DNA of 64,000 nucleotides from Thermodesulfobacteriota bacterium (GTDB lineage: Bacteria; Desulfobacterota; Desulfobacteria; Desulfobacterales; SURF-7). Of this stretch, positions 38,041 to 47,646 are shown piece after piece. The stretch lies in NCBI GenBank assembly GCA_049320885.1, contig JBMORA010000031.1:1-64000 (forward strand). Reading direction: 5' to 3'. The position numbers were made by a program, and so were the translations under genes. Below the pieces are notes generated by a model. It made no database searches. It was not told the origin of the DNA and worked only from the letters and a program-made list of their open reading frames with translations. Numbering within the stretch: the stretch's first letter is position 1; each line of letters starts with the position of its first letter.

Positions 38041-38478
38041 ATGAACAAACCGATACTGCTCACCGTCTGCACCATGATGCTGGCCGGCTGCGCGGGCAGT
38101 CCCCCTAAACACATCGGCCTGCGGGACGGCCGTCTGGCGCCCTGCCCCGGCAAACCCAATTGCGTCATCAGCGACGCCAACGATGCGGAACATTATATCG
38201 ACCCCATCCGGTACACCGGCGACCGGAAAGCCGCCATGCAGCGGCTCAAAGCCGTGGCGATCTCCTTTGACCGGAGCCGCATCGTGTCCGCAGACGAGCG
38301 CTACCTGCACATGGAATTCAAATCGCTGGTGTTCCGGTTTGTCGACGATGTGGAATTTTATTTTCCCGACGAACCCCTCATCCACGTCCGCTCCGCCTCG
38401 CGGATCGGCTATTCCGATCTGGGGGTCAACCGGAAACGGGTGGAGGCCATCCGCGCGAAATTCAATGAAGGCAAGTAA
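38041..38478 (+). CDS. DUF1499 family lipoprotein
   Basis: Lipobox LAGC; CPGKPNCV, FVDDVEF, RSASRIGYSDLGVNRKR. Confidence 0.88.
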   Translation: MNKPILLTVCTMMLAGCAGSPPKHIGLRDGRLAPCPGKPNCVISDANDAEHYIDPIRYTGDRKAAMQRLKAVAISFDRSRIVSADERYLHMEFKSLVFRFVDDVEFYFPDEPLIHVRSASRIGYSDLGVNRKRVEAIRAKFNEGK

Positions 38479-38526
38479 CCACAACCGATTCCGGGGAAAT
38501 TTCAGGGATCGGGCAAGGGGGCTGCG

Positions 38527-39003
38527 ATGAACCGCGACGAACTGCTGCGCCTGGACAACCAGCTGTGTTTTCTCCTGTACGCGACCTTCCGGAAAATCGC
38601 CGGGCTCTACCGGCCGCTGCTGGATAAACTGGGAATCACCTATCCCCAATATCTGGTGATGCTGGTGCTGTGGGAGCATGGCCCCCTTTCGGTGGGTGAA
38701 ATCGGGGCCCGCCTGCACCTGGACTCCGGAACCCTCACGCCCCTGCTGAAACGGCTGGAAAAACAGGCGCTGGTCCACCGGAATCGCTCGGCGGAGGATG
38801 AACGCAGGGTCACCATCCGCCTGACGGAAGCGGGCGCGGCCATGAAGGCGTCGGCCTACAGTATCCCGGAAGCCATGATCTGCAACAGCGGCGTGACCGC
38901 GTCCCAGTATTGGACCCTTAAAAAAGAACTCGATTCCCTGCTGGCTCAAATCCCGACATCCGGACAATGTAAAAAGGAAACCATGCATCATGAGCATCCG
39001 TGA
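38527..39003 (+). CDS. MarR family regulator, OhrR-like
   Basis: LDNQLCFLLY with sensing Cys, TYPQYLV, LDSGTLTPLLKRLE, DERRV. Confidence 0.88.
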   Translation: MNRDELLRLDNQLCFLLYATFRKIAGLYRPLLDKLGITYPQYLVMLVLWEHGPLSVGEIGARLHLDSGTLTPLLKRLEKQALVHRNRSAEDERRVTIRLTEAGAAMKASAYSIPEAMICNSGVTASQYWTLKKELDSLLAQIPTSGQCKKETMHHEHP

Positions 39004-40240
39004 CATGATGGGCTGCAGGCTCGCCTGCTCGACACTGTTACTGCTGATCCAACTGCTCTGGAACCTGCTTCCGGGACAGCCGGAAGCCGCGCTGTCGGCC
39101 TCACTTGGAGTGGACAACCTGGTTTTTGAGGGGATCGAAACCAATTATGCCGGCGATTACGACAAGGCCCTGAATCTGTTCCAGCAGGTGGAGACGCTGG
39201 CGCCGGACCATCCGGCCGGGGCTTTTTACCAGGCGTCGGTGCTGTTTTGGAAAAACAGTCTGGACCCCAACAACCCGCGTTACGACGACGACATCCGGCG
39301 CCTGCTGGAGCGGGCTATCGCCGTGTCCCAAAAACGCCTGGACAAACAGGCGGACGATCTGGATGCCCTGCATTACATGGGACTTGCCTATACGTATCTG
39401 GGGCGCATGGATGCCCACCGGGGCCGATTGTACGAAGGCGGCGTCCAGGGGGAAACCGGCCGGAAATATCTGGAAACCGCCATGCAACTTTACCGGAACA
39501 GCGCCTCCGGGAATGCCGGGAAAAACGAAAACGCCGCCTTGGTGTATGAAGACATCCACTTCCCCTACGGCGCCTATGTCTATTTCGCCGGACGGCTTCC
39601 CCGGTTTCTCCGGATGTTCAATTTTTTGTGGTTCATCCCCCGGGGTTCCGCTCCGGAAGGCATCGCGGCCCTGGAAAAAGCCCGGAAAAACAGCCGCCTG
39701 CACCATCTTGGCGCCACCCATCTGCTGGTAAGCATCTACGCCCATCTGGAACCCGGCAAAACGAGGGAAGCCCTTGCATTGTCCACGGAATTGACCCGGC
39801 GGTTTCCCGACAATCCGGTCCTGGATCTGCAGCAGGCGCGCCTGTTGCTGCTCAACGGGAAATACGAGGAAGCCCGCGCCCATACCCGGTCCATCCTAAA
39901 CAAGGTGCGGACGGCCCGTCTCAATTACGATGCCTGGGTTCTCAATGCAACCCGTCTGATCATTGCTGAGATCGACATCCACAAAGGGGAACTCCAGGCA
40001 TCGACGGCCGCGCTCGCCGACATCGAATCCTCGGCCAAACCCGAGATCGCCGCCGTGCTCTCGCCCCAGATCCTGCTGCTGAAGGGCATGATCGAGGACC
40101 TGAAGGGCTTGCGTCGGGAGGCGGTCCGCTATTACAAAGCCGTTCTCGATCAGGAAGACCGTTTTCGCAACCGGATGGCGGAGAAGGAGGCGCAACGGAG
40201 AATCGAGCAGGCGTTTTCCCCGGGTCTTCCCAGGGGTTGA
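38990..40240 (+). CDS. Exported TPR-like helical protein
   Basis: Hydrophobic N-terminus and several TPR-like helices (ALHYMGLAY, FPDNP); start uncertain. Confidence 0.7.
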   Translation: MSIRDMMGCRLACSTLLLLIQLLWNLLPGQPEAALSASLGVDNLVFEGIETNYAGDYDKALNLFQQVETLAPDHPAGAFYQASVLFWKNSLDPNNPRYDDDIRRLLERAIAVSQKRLDKQADDLDALHYMGLAYTYLGRMDAHRGRLYEGGVQGETGRKYLETAMQLYRNSASGNAGKNENAALVYEDIHFPYGAYVYFAGRLPRFLRMFNFLWFIPRGSAPEGIAALEKARKNSRLHHLGATHLLVSIYAHLEPGKTREALALSTELTRRFPDNPVLDLQQARLLLLNGKYEEARAHTRSILNKVRTARLNYDAWVLNATRLIIAEIDIHKGELQASTAALADIESSAKPEIAAVLSPQILLLKGMIEDLKGLRREAVRYYKAVLDQEDRFRNRMAEKEAQRRIEQAFSPGLPRG

Positions 40241-40254
40241 ATCCGGTCCTTCGG

Positions 40255-41088
40255 TCAAGATCCGGTTTTCTTCCCCCGGGCTTTTTTCACCGCATGATCC
40301 AGGACCCTTTCCACAACCCCGGGCAGCCAGCGTTTGATGAGATAAACCAGACGTCCATCCATGCCGGGGATGATCATGAAGCGATCTTGACTCATCCCCC
40401 TCATCATTTCCCGAGCCACATCCCGGGCGGACATGAGTTTCGCCGTCTGGGAAATGGCCCGGGTTTCCGGCGGCTTGCCGATATTCTCCAAGGCGTATCC
40501 CGGCGTGTCCGTATCCGGCGGGCACAGCACGGATACCCGGATCCCCATGGGCTTGAATTCATTTCGCAGAACTTCCGACAAACCGACCACGGCGAACTTG
40601 GAGGCACAATAATCCGCATAACCGAAAAGACCCAGGAACCCGGCGATGGAGGCCACATTGACGATATGGCCGCCGCCCTTTTCCTGCATTTGGGGCGCAA
40701 GGACGGCGATGGTGTTCCATGTCCCGTATACATTGATCTTCATGGTTTCGTCGAACTGCTCAAAGGATATGCTTGCGAAATAATCCGGTTTGGCCCTTCC
40801 GGCTGAATTGATCAGGATGCCCGGAATCCCGAACTCCGTAACGGCCCTGGTCATCACCTGTTTCACCGCTTCCGGATCCGCCACATCCAGCTGGTAATAA
40901 CCGCATGGCCGGGCATCGCTTGCCCGGTGCCGCCGAATCTGCCGGGCAGCCTCCTCCAGCGGACCGATACGCCGGGCAAAAATCACCACATGGGCTCCCC
41001 CGGCGGCCATCAATTCGGCTGCCGCCAGACCGATCCCGCTGGACCCGCCGGTGATATAAACGACCCTATCCTCGAAGCCTTTTTTCAT
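40255..41088 (-). CDS. SDR oxidoreductase, 3-ketodihydrosphingosine-reductase-like subgroup
   Basis: TGGSSGIG, NSAG, YCASK, PPDTDTPG..EN..KP.ET; ATGA overlap with the upstream gene. Confidence 0.85.
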   Translation of the reverse strand: MKKGFEDRVVYITGGSSGIGLAAAELMAAGGAHVVIFARRIGPLEEAARQIRRHRASDARPCGYYQLDVADPEAVKQVMTRAVTEFGIPGILINSAGRAKPDYFASISFEQFDETMKINVYGTWNTIAVLAPQMQEKGGGHIVNVASIAGFLGLFGYADYCASKFAVVGLSEVLRNEFKPMGIRVSVLCPPDTDTPGYALENIGKPPETRAISQTAKLMSARDVAREMMRGMSQDRFMIIPGMDGRLVYLIKRWLPGVVERVLDHAVKKARGKKTGS

Positions 41089-41729
41089 GCCGGTGGAGGA
41101 TCGCATGCTTCCAATGCTCCCGATTCCTGACCGGACTGGATTCTCAAAACAACCGTTTTATTCGCGGGAATCCGGGAACGGATCTCCGGAAGGGCCACCG
41201 GCCGGTCATCCAGCCGCGCCTCCGCCGCCGTCTCCGAAGCGGCGTCCAGGGCATCCAGGATTTCCGGCAGCAGTTTCGGCGGGACATGAACTCCCTGCCG
41301 CAGCACGCGCGGACCGATCTCACTGACAATCAGGTTGAACAGCTTCAGGGTCACCATTCCGGCCCCCCGGCTTTTCCCGGATTGGCCGGCGTGCAGGGAT
41401 ACATTGTCCCGGAATACGGAATAGTTTCCCGAACGCCGGAAAGACGCGCCCACCAGACCGGGCATGGCTGCCGATAAGGCCAGGGTGTCGCCGCCACTGA
41501 GCATGGCGGTTGCCAGGTCGTCCACGGCCCTGCCGTTCAGGAAGATGGTCTGAATCCGGTTCTCCGCATAGGCCGGTTCCAGACGCAGATATCCGTTGAG
41601 GAAATCCCGGATGGACAGCGTTTCCGCTATCGGAATCTGCACCCCCTTGGATAAAAAAGGGTAAAAAATCGAAAAAAACGCCGGTTGTTCCAGCAGGATG
41701 CTCAGGCAGGGAGTTGGGGTTGATTCCAT
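41085..41729 (-). CDS. Hypothetical protein with an internal ubiquitin/MoaD-like segment
   Basis: IQTIFLNGRAVDDL...LSGGDTLALSAAMPG; lies between AOR and the SDR gene; start uncertain. Confidence 0.65.
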   Translation of the reverse strand: MESTPTPCLSILLEQPAFFSIFYPFLSKGVQIPIAETLSIRDFLNGYLRLEPAYAENRIQTIFLNGRAVDDLATAMLSGGDTLALSAAMPGLVGASFRRSGNYSVFRDNVSLHAGQSGKSRGAGMVTLKLFNLIVSEIGPRVLRQGVHVPPKLLPEILDALDAASETAAEARLDDRPVALPEIRSRIPANKTVVLRIQSGQESGALEACDPPPA

Positions 41730-41779
41730 GACGCCTTCGATGGCAACGGGTGCCGGTTCCTTCAAGTCGCACGGGGATC

Positions 41780-41805
41780 GCCGGGAGCCCCGGAAGGCTC
41801 CCGGC
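41780..41805. other. GC-rich hairpin downstream of AOR (no U-tract)
   Basis: GCCGGGAGCC-ccggaa-GGCTCCCGGC. Confidence 0.6.
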
Positions 41806-41826
41806 ACCCGTGCTTCGCTTGGTGTT

Positions 41827-43575
41827 TCAGTCTTTCCGCCAGTTGAAAACCTGATCCAGATCGTTATCCGTCACCTGGAAGACCACATTGTGCGGCGGCA
41901 GGGCTTCGCGCTTGAAATAACCGGGCAGGCGGTCATCCTTGGCGGTGAACCCGGCCCGGCGATTGAAATCCAGCTCCATGGCCAGGATTTTCTTGCCCAG
42001 TTCGGTCACGCCATCCGCGGTCAGGTCCTGGCCGGTAAACGCACCGATGACATCCAGCATGTCCTGGAAGGTTTCAGGCTGATCCAGAATGGCGAAGGCG
42101 ATGAAAAGACAGTACCCGGTGGCGTCGATGGCCGCCGTGGCGATCTGGAGGTTGCGGGAGAGTTCGATCTGGCCGGCGGGTAAAAGCGGATTGACGGTTC
42201 CGCCCACTCCCAAAACGTTGGCGGTAACGGCGTAGCCGGCGGTATGATCGGCCCCCATGGGACTGGTGGCATAGGTGACCCCCACGCCCTGGACAGCCCG
42301 GGGATCGTAGGCCGGCATGGATTGGCCCTTCACGGTGGGAACCCGCTCTATACCGAATACCTTGCCGGTGACCTCGGCGCCGCTCCCCAGGATGCGTCCC
42401 AGGGGCGTCCCCTGCCCCACTTCCCTGACCAGACGGAGTGCGGCCTCGCCATCCCCGAACGCTGCCACACCGGCTTCCATGGCGACTCCGATGGTGGCGC
42501 CCATCTCGATGGTGTCGACGCCGAAATCATCATCCAGCCGATCCAGCTGGGCGATGACGTCCGGATCATCGATGCCGCAGTTGGCGCCGTGGGCCCAGAC
42601 GGTTTCATACTCCGGCTGTTTGGTGAGGAATTTTCCGTTCTTGTCGTGAAAGATTCCGGAGCATTGAATCACGCAACCGCGGTGACAGCCGTGGGTGGGA
42701 TTGCCGCCCCGGGCCTTTTCCAGTTCCGCATAGGTTTCGCCGCTGATTTTTGATGCCCCGCCGAACCTGCCGGTGGTGAAGTTATGGGTGGGGAACGCGC
42801 CGGCCTCGTTGATGATATTGGTCAGAACATTGGTGCCGTAAGCCGGCAGGCCCTGGCCGGTGACCGCATGGCGTTTCAATCCCTGGACAAAGCGTTTGTT
42901 GGCTTCCTTGAATTGATCCGGATTCTTCGGTGACCGCATGGGGCACCCGGCATCATCCAGAACGATGACCTTCACCCCTTTCGATCCCATGACAGCCCCG
43001 GGTCCGCCGCGACCGGCATGCCGCGTGGGCCGGAATTCCATGTCCGTGAAGGCCACGGAGGCCGACGGCAGTTTCATTTCACCGGCGGGACCGATGGAGA
43101 TGCAGGCCACCTTATCGCCATCTTCCGCCTTGATGCGGTCGATGAGATCGTAGTTGCCGAGCCCCTTCAAGCCGCCTTCCGGCATCACCGTTACGCCTTC
43201 CTTGTTGATCTTGATTTTATAAAGGGCGCCCTCGGCGGGTTTCCCCTCCAGAATGATGGCGGCGTATCCCAGCCGGCCCAGGACCTGGGCCGCCTGGCCG
43301 CCGGAATTGGCTTCCTTGATCCCGCCGGTCAGCGGGCTCTTGCAGCCCACGGATATTCGCCCGGACTGGGCGGCGGCGGAACCGCTCAGCAAGCCCGGCG
43401 CGATCACCAGTTTGTTCTCGGCGCTCAACGGGTGGCACAGGGGTGGTACTTCCTTGGCAATGACGGCCGACGTCATTCCGCGTCCGCCCAGACCGGCATA
43501 TTCTCCCAATGGATGGGTGGTTGCCCGGGGACCGCCGGCAGCCCCCATATCGATCCGCAGTATCTTGTCCATCAC
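41827..43575 (-). CDS. aor: Tungsten-dependent aldehyde:ferredoxin oxidoreductase family
   Basis: KSPLTGGIKEANSGG, AGRGG.GAVMGSK, CHRGCVIQC, PEYET, DDFGVDTI. Confidence 0.92.
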   Translation of the reverse strand: MMDKILRIDMGAAGGPRATTHPLGEYAGLGGRGMTSAVIAKEVPPLCHPLSAENKLVIAPGLLSGSAAAQSGRISVGCKSPLTGGIKEANSGGQAAQVLGRLGYAAIILEGKPAEGALYKIKINKEGVTVMPEGGLKGLGNYDLIDRIKAEDGDKVACISIGPAGEMKLPSASVAFTDMEFRPTRHAGRGGPGAVMGSKGVKVIVLDDAGCPMRSPKNPDQFKEANKRFVQGLKRHAVTGQGLPAYGTNVLTNIINEAGAFPTHNFTTGRFGGASKISGETYAELEKARGGNPTHGCHRGCVIQCSGIFHDKNGKFLTKQPEYETVWAHGANCGIDDPDVIAQLDRLDDDFGVDTIEMGATIGVAMEAGVAAFGDGEAALRLVREVGQGTPLGRILGSGAEVTGKVFGIERVPTVKGQSMPAYDPRAVQGVGVTYATSPMGADHTAGYAVTANVLGVGGTVNPLLPAGQIELSRNLQIATAAIDATGYCLFIAFAILDQPETFQDMLDVIGAFTGQDLTADGVTELGKKILAMELDFNRRAGFTAKDDRLPGYFKREALPPHNVVFQVTDNDLDQVFNWRKD

Positions 43576-44113
43576 CAGCCTCCTTTCCCTGTTGTCAGGA
43601 ATTCCTGTTGCATTGATCCTGTCTGAAACCGGTTATCGAAACGATTCCAAGAAACCATCGTCAATGGTGCTGTTGGGAAAATGAAAACCTCCGGTGCCGT
43701 TCGCGTTCAGCCAAGCAAGCATATCCACAACAAGAGGAAGGCGGATCTGCGTGTCCGGTTAGGGAGGAAAGCATTCGAGCCATCGGTCCGATACAAAATT
43801 CTTGTTTATGACCGCGAGATGGAATCTGAGCTAAGAATCAGAAAGAACTTATAAAAATTCAAGCCTTTTGTCAATTCATATTGTCCACGCCCGTGTCAGG
43901 CTGCTCATCCATAGAAAGTCCTCTGGAATAATAACGCCATCCTCCGACCCAATTCCGCTCATTTCCGTTCCAATTCCAGTGGAAAATAATCGCATTTTTA
44001 TCAGGATAACCTCAAAACTTCTGCTTGACAACTTCGGCCGATATTATCTATTTGAAACCATTCTATTCATGGTCGATATCGACTGGACATCTTGAATATG
44101 GAAGGGATGATGC

Positions 44114-46918
44114 ATGCGTGTTTTCTGGGGTTTTCTTACACTTTTGGTACCTTACCTGATATATCCCGGCCTCGGCAATGCCGCTTTTATTGGTTCCGTG
44201 AGTTCTTCCAAAACCACCGTGTGCCTCGAAAACTGTGACAAGATTGGTACACTAACGATTTCGTTTGATCCCGGCACGATCATTCTGGCCGGCGATTGGA
44301 TTACGCTCGATTTTTCGCTGGGAGTAACCAGTTGCGAAACGGCCAGTTACCTTACCTCGGGTCAGGCATCCGGGAATGTGGTGGTCGAGGCGCCCAATGA
44401 ACTTTTAATCAGATATACGCAGGGATCTTCCAGGACAAGAGTGGATTTCCAGGCCGGGGTGACAATTGGACCCGGCGGGACCTATTCATTCACCCTCGGG
44501 AAACAAGCCGTCAGTATCAATGAACATCAATTCGGCGGAACCACCGTTAATTCATCCATCAATGCCGGCGGAGTCAGCGGCAATAATTTTATGACATTCA
44601 TGCCTCCGAACCCCGAGCGCGCCGACGTCATAAGTTGCGGGATACCCGCGGCATTTGAATGTAGCGTCAGCGCTTCCACGACGAATGTATGCCTTGAAAG
44701 ATGCGATAATACCGGCTCCCTCGCGTTTATCATCGGCCCCGGTACGACAATTCAGCCCGGTGACTGGATCGCGATTGATCTGCCGACAGGTATTACAAAC
44801 TGCCAATCTGTGGATTATGCTGCCACCGGTCAACCGAGCGGAAGCGTCACGATCGTCGGATCGAATGAAATCCGGATCAACGGTTTGCAAGGAGACGGGC
44901 GGCTCACGGCGAGCTTCCAATCCAGTGTATCCGTGAATGCCGGCGGTACCTATTCATTCGGAATCGGCGGATATTCCATTCAAATGGATGCGAACCGATT
45001 TTCCGGCGGGCCGATTCGCGCCGATATCAGCAGCGGCGGAACAAGCGGCTCGAATTTTTTGTCATTCAGCACCACCACGCCCATGTTCGCAATTGCACGA
45101 AAATGCTCGGGTGCGCCCGAAGTGAAAACAGGCGATGTAAGCTCCTCCGGACCGACATTCGCGAATCTGAGCGGAATCATAAATCCGAAAGGGTATGCCA
45201 CAACCTATTATTTCAAGTACTGGTCTGACAACTCAAACGAAACCACCGCTGCACGGACGCTGGATGCCTCCTTTACGACCAATTCCGTATCGGAAGGCAT
45301 CTATAATCTGCTACCGGGTACACTTTATTATTACCAATTATGCGCAGATAACCATGAGGGAAATGCCGCCGGCCTCGTAAAAAATTTCCAGACGGTTTTC
45401 ATTCCCTTGTTCAAGCCGATCAATCCGACCCCGGAGATGCATGCGGAAACCCTTCCCGTAACGACCGGCCTTCAATGGGAAAACGGCGGCGGTGCTACTA
45501 GCTATGATATTTATTTTGGAACATCTCCCGCTTTAACGACAAGCCATTTCGTCGGCAATACAACTTCCACCACCTATTCTCCGACCCACCTGGATTATGG
45601 ACAGACATATTATTGGCGGGTTGATGCACGTGATTCAGAATATGTGGTAATAGGAGACACTTGGTCTTTCTCAACGGAACAAGCATTGTTTTTCGGGCAT
45701 GTCGCCTGTGATCAGTTATGGCAAACGTCGATTTGCATTGTTAACCCCAATGAAACGCGGACGCTGTGCGGCACACTTTTCGCTTATGATCAGCAGGGGC
45801 AACAGGTGGGCGCAAAAGTCATTTCTCTCCCGATCCATGGGCGGAGAGAAATGGAAGTTTCCAAGCAATTTGCCTTCCCGGGGAAAATCCGCTACATGGT
45901 GTATAAGTCGGATTTTGCGGCTAGTGGTTATACAACATTCCTTCAACCCGGAAAATATCGCGCCTCGATCCCTGCCGCCACAAAAATCAACAGCGGGAAT
46001 ATCTACGTCCCGCATGTGACGTCCGATGAAAATTGGTGGACCGGGATCTGTCTCCTGAACACGATGACGACCACGAAAGAGGTAACTATTCAATTTAATA
46101 ACGGCACCGAAAAGCGGATCATACTGGGGGAAAATGCGCAGGCGTCATTTACAATCGAAGATCTGTTTGGAGGAATGCATCAGCCGGACATCCATTCCGC
46201 GATTGTTAAAAACGGGAACGGCCTCGTTGCCCTACAACTGTTCGGCAGCAACTGGGACAGGGGCAGCGATATCTTATGCGGAATGGAATTGGGGGATAAA
46301 AGCGCATCCAATATGTTTTTCCCCCATGTTGTCAGCGATGCCACCTGGTGGACCGGAGTTGTGGCGTATAATCCCAACGATCTGCCGGTCAGCCTGACGA
46401 TTTCGCCCTATACAGATGAGGGCGTATCCTATCCAGTCCAGACAATCCAGCTTGCCGCAAAAGAAAAATACATCGGTGCGGTGGATCAGTTGGCACTTCC
46501 GGTCGACACGGCCTGGCTTCAAATTTCATCCACATATCCGGTTTCGGGTTTTGAGCTGTTCGGTACTCGTGATTGGAATCGGCTTGCCGGATATACCGTG
46601 GTGAACAAATCAGGGAAAAACGGAATTTTTTCTGAAATCAATAAAAAAGGATGGAAACGGATGGCTTTTGTAAATACCCAGCCCAATTCCGCAAACGTGC
46701 GCTTGAATGCCTATAACGACAATGGAGATATGATCGCATCCGAAAGCATCGTAATTGAAGCCTACTCAAAGAGGATTTCTCTGCCCGCCGCTTTATTCAC
46801 GGCAGATATTGCCGGCGCCACCCATATTACCTACACATCAGACCGGGCTGTAGTTGGTTTTCAATTGAACGAATCCGACGACAATTTGCTATTTGACGCC
46901 ATGACATGTCTTCCATAA
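44114..46918 (+). CDS. Secreted multidomain beta-rich protein with internal repeats and Fn3-like modules
   Basis: Signal peptide, two ~155-aa N-terminal repeats, Fn3-like segments (LLPGTLYYY; YYWRVDA), four C-terminal repeats. Confidence 0.8.
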   Translation: MRVFWGFLTLLVPYLIYPGLGNAAFIGSVSSSKTTVCLENCDKIGTLTISFDPGTIILAGDWITLDFSLGVTSCETASYLTSGQASGNVVVEAPNELLIRYTQGSSRTRVDFQAGVTIGPGGTYSFTLGKQAVSINEHQFGGTTVNSSINAGGVSGNNFMTFMPPNPERADVISCGIPAAFECSVSASTTNVCLERCDNTGSLAFIIGPGTTIQPGDWIAIDLPTGITNCQSVDYAATGQPSGSVTIVGSNEIRINGLQGDGRLTASFQSSVSVNAGGTYSFGIGGYSIQMDANRFSGGPIRADISSGGTSGSNFLSFSTTTPMFAIARKCSGAPEVKTGDVSSSGPTFANLSGIINPKGYATTYYFKYWSDNSNETTAARTLDASFTTNSVSEGIYNLLPGTLYYYQLCADNHEGNAAGLVKNFQTVFIPLFKPINPTPEMHAETLPVTTGLQWENGGGATSYDIYFGTSPALTTSHFVGNTTSTTYSPTHLDYGQTYYWRVDARDSEYVVIGDTWSFSTEQALFFGHVACDQLWQTSICIVNPNETRTLCGTLFAYDQQGQQVGAKVISLPIHGRREMEVSKQFAFPGKIRYMVYKSDFAASGYTTFLQPGKYRASIPAATKINSGNIYVPHVTSDENWWTGICLLNTMTTTKEVTIQFNNGTEKRIILGENAQASFTIEDLFGGMHQPDIHSAIVKNGNGLVALQLFGSNWDRGSDILCGMELGDKSASNMFFPHVVSDATWWTGVVAYNPNDLPVSLTISPYTDEGVSYPVQTIQLAAKEKYIGAVDQLALPVDTAWLQISSTYPVSGFELFGTRDWNRLAGYTVVNKSGKNGIFSEINKKGWKRMAFVNTQPNSANVRLNAYNDNGDMIASESIVIEAYSKRISLPAALFTADIAGATHITYTSDRAVVGFQLNESDDNLLFDAMTCLP

Positions 46919-47117
46919 AACCACTTCAGCATTATCGCATTTCCATGGGTTATAGCGCTGGAATGAACCCGGTTGTATTTCGAGCTGCCAGGTTGAAGCT
47001 TGGCTTCGTCAGACGGGCATTGTCTGATCGTAGTTCTTAAAACATCCGGAATTCAATGCTGGTCTCCCTGGCGTAATTTTCCTATCTGACTATCGCCATT
47101 TCCTGCATACCGATGGA

Positions 47118-47453
47118 TTAATGAAAGTTAAGAATCATGCTGTCATTGGGCACAAACTTCCCATATGGCATTCCCGTATCTTTGGCGACGTAATCCGGCA
47201 CTACAATACCGGAATCAAATTGAGCATAATTGGTAAACGTGCGGCCATCGATCCGTACTTTCATGCCCCTCACGGGGTTTTTCAGCGGGACGACAGCGCT
47301 GGACAGCCGGTATTGATCCTTTAATTCGGAATACCCAAGCTCGCCGGCGCGCTGCCCGATGTCCACCTGCAGGTAATGCCTGGCCCCCTTCGCGATATTG
47401 TCTTTGAATTCTTCATATATATTCGTTAATACATCCTGTAGTTTCCGATTCAT
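47118..47453 (-). CDS. Hypothetical protein
   Basis: 111-aa ORF with a strong GGAGG RBS. Confidence 0.7.
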   Translation of the reverse strand: MNRKLQDVLTNIYEEFKDNIAKGARHYLQVDIGQRAGELGYSELKDQYRLSSAVVPLKNPVRGMKVRIDGRTFTNYAQFDSGIVVPDYVAKDTGMPYGKFVPNDSMILNFH

Positions 47454-47646
47454 CGCTTTCCTCCCCGAAAAGGTTTTTTCCAGAAAACAGCAGACCGGTT
47501 TTTGGCATTCAAGTAAAAATTAGGACCCTCTCCGGCCTTTGCAATGGGGGCATATGATAAGATTAATGATAGTTAAAAACTACCATTAACAGGGAAGCAT
47601 TGAGAGGATCCACATCCGCCAGGCAGAATAGCCGACCAAATAGCGC

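Noticed and set aside
43576..44113. Sigma54 promoter or Moco/Wco riboswitch upstream of aor
   Set aside because: The best GG...TTGC match has the wrong spacing and no convincing riboswitch motif was seen
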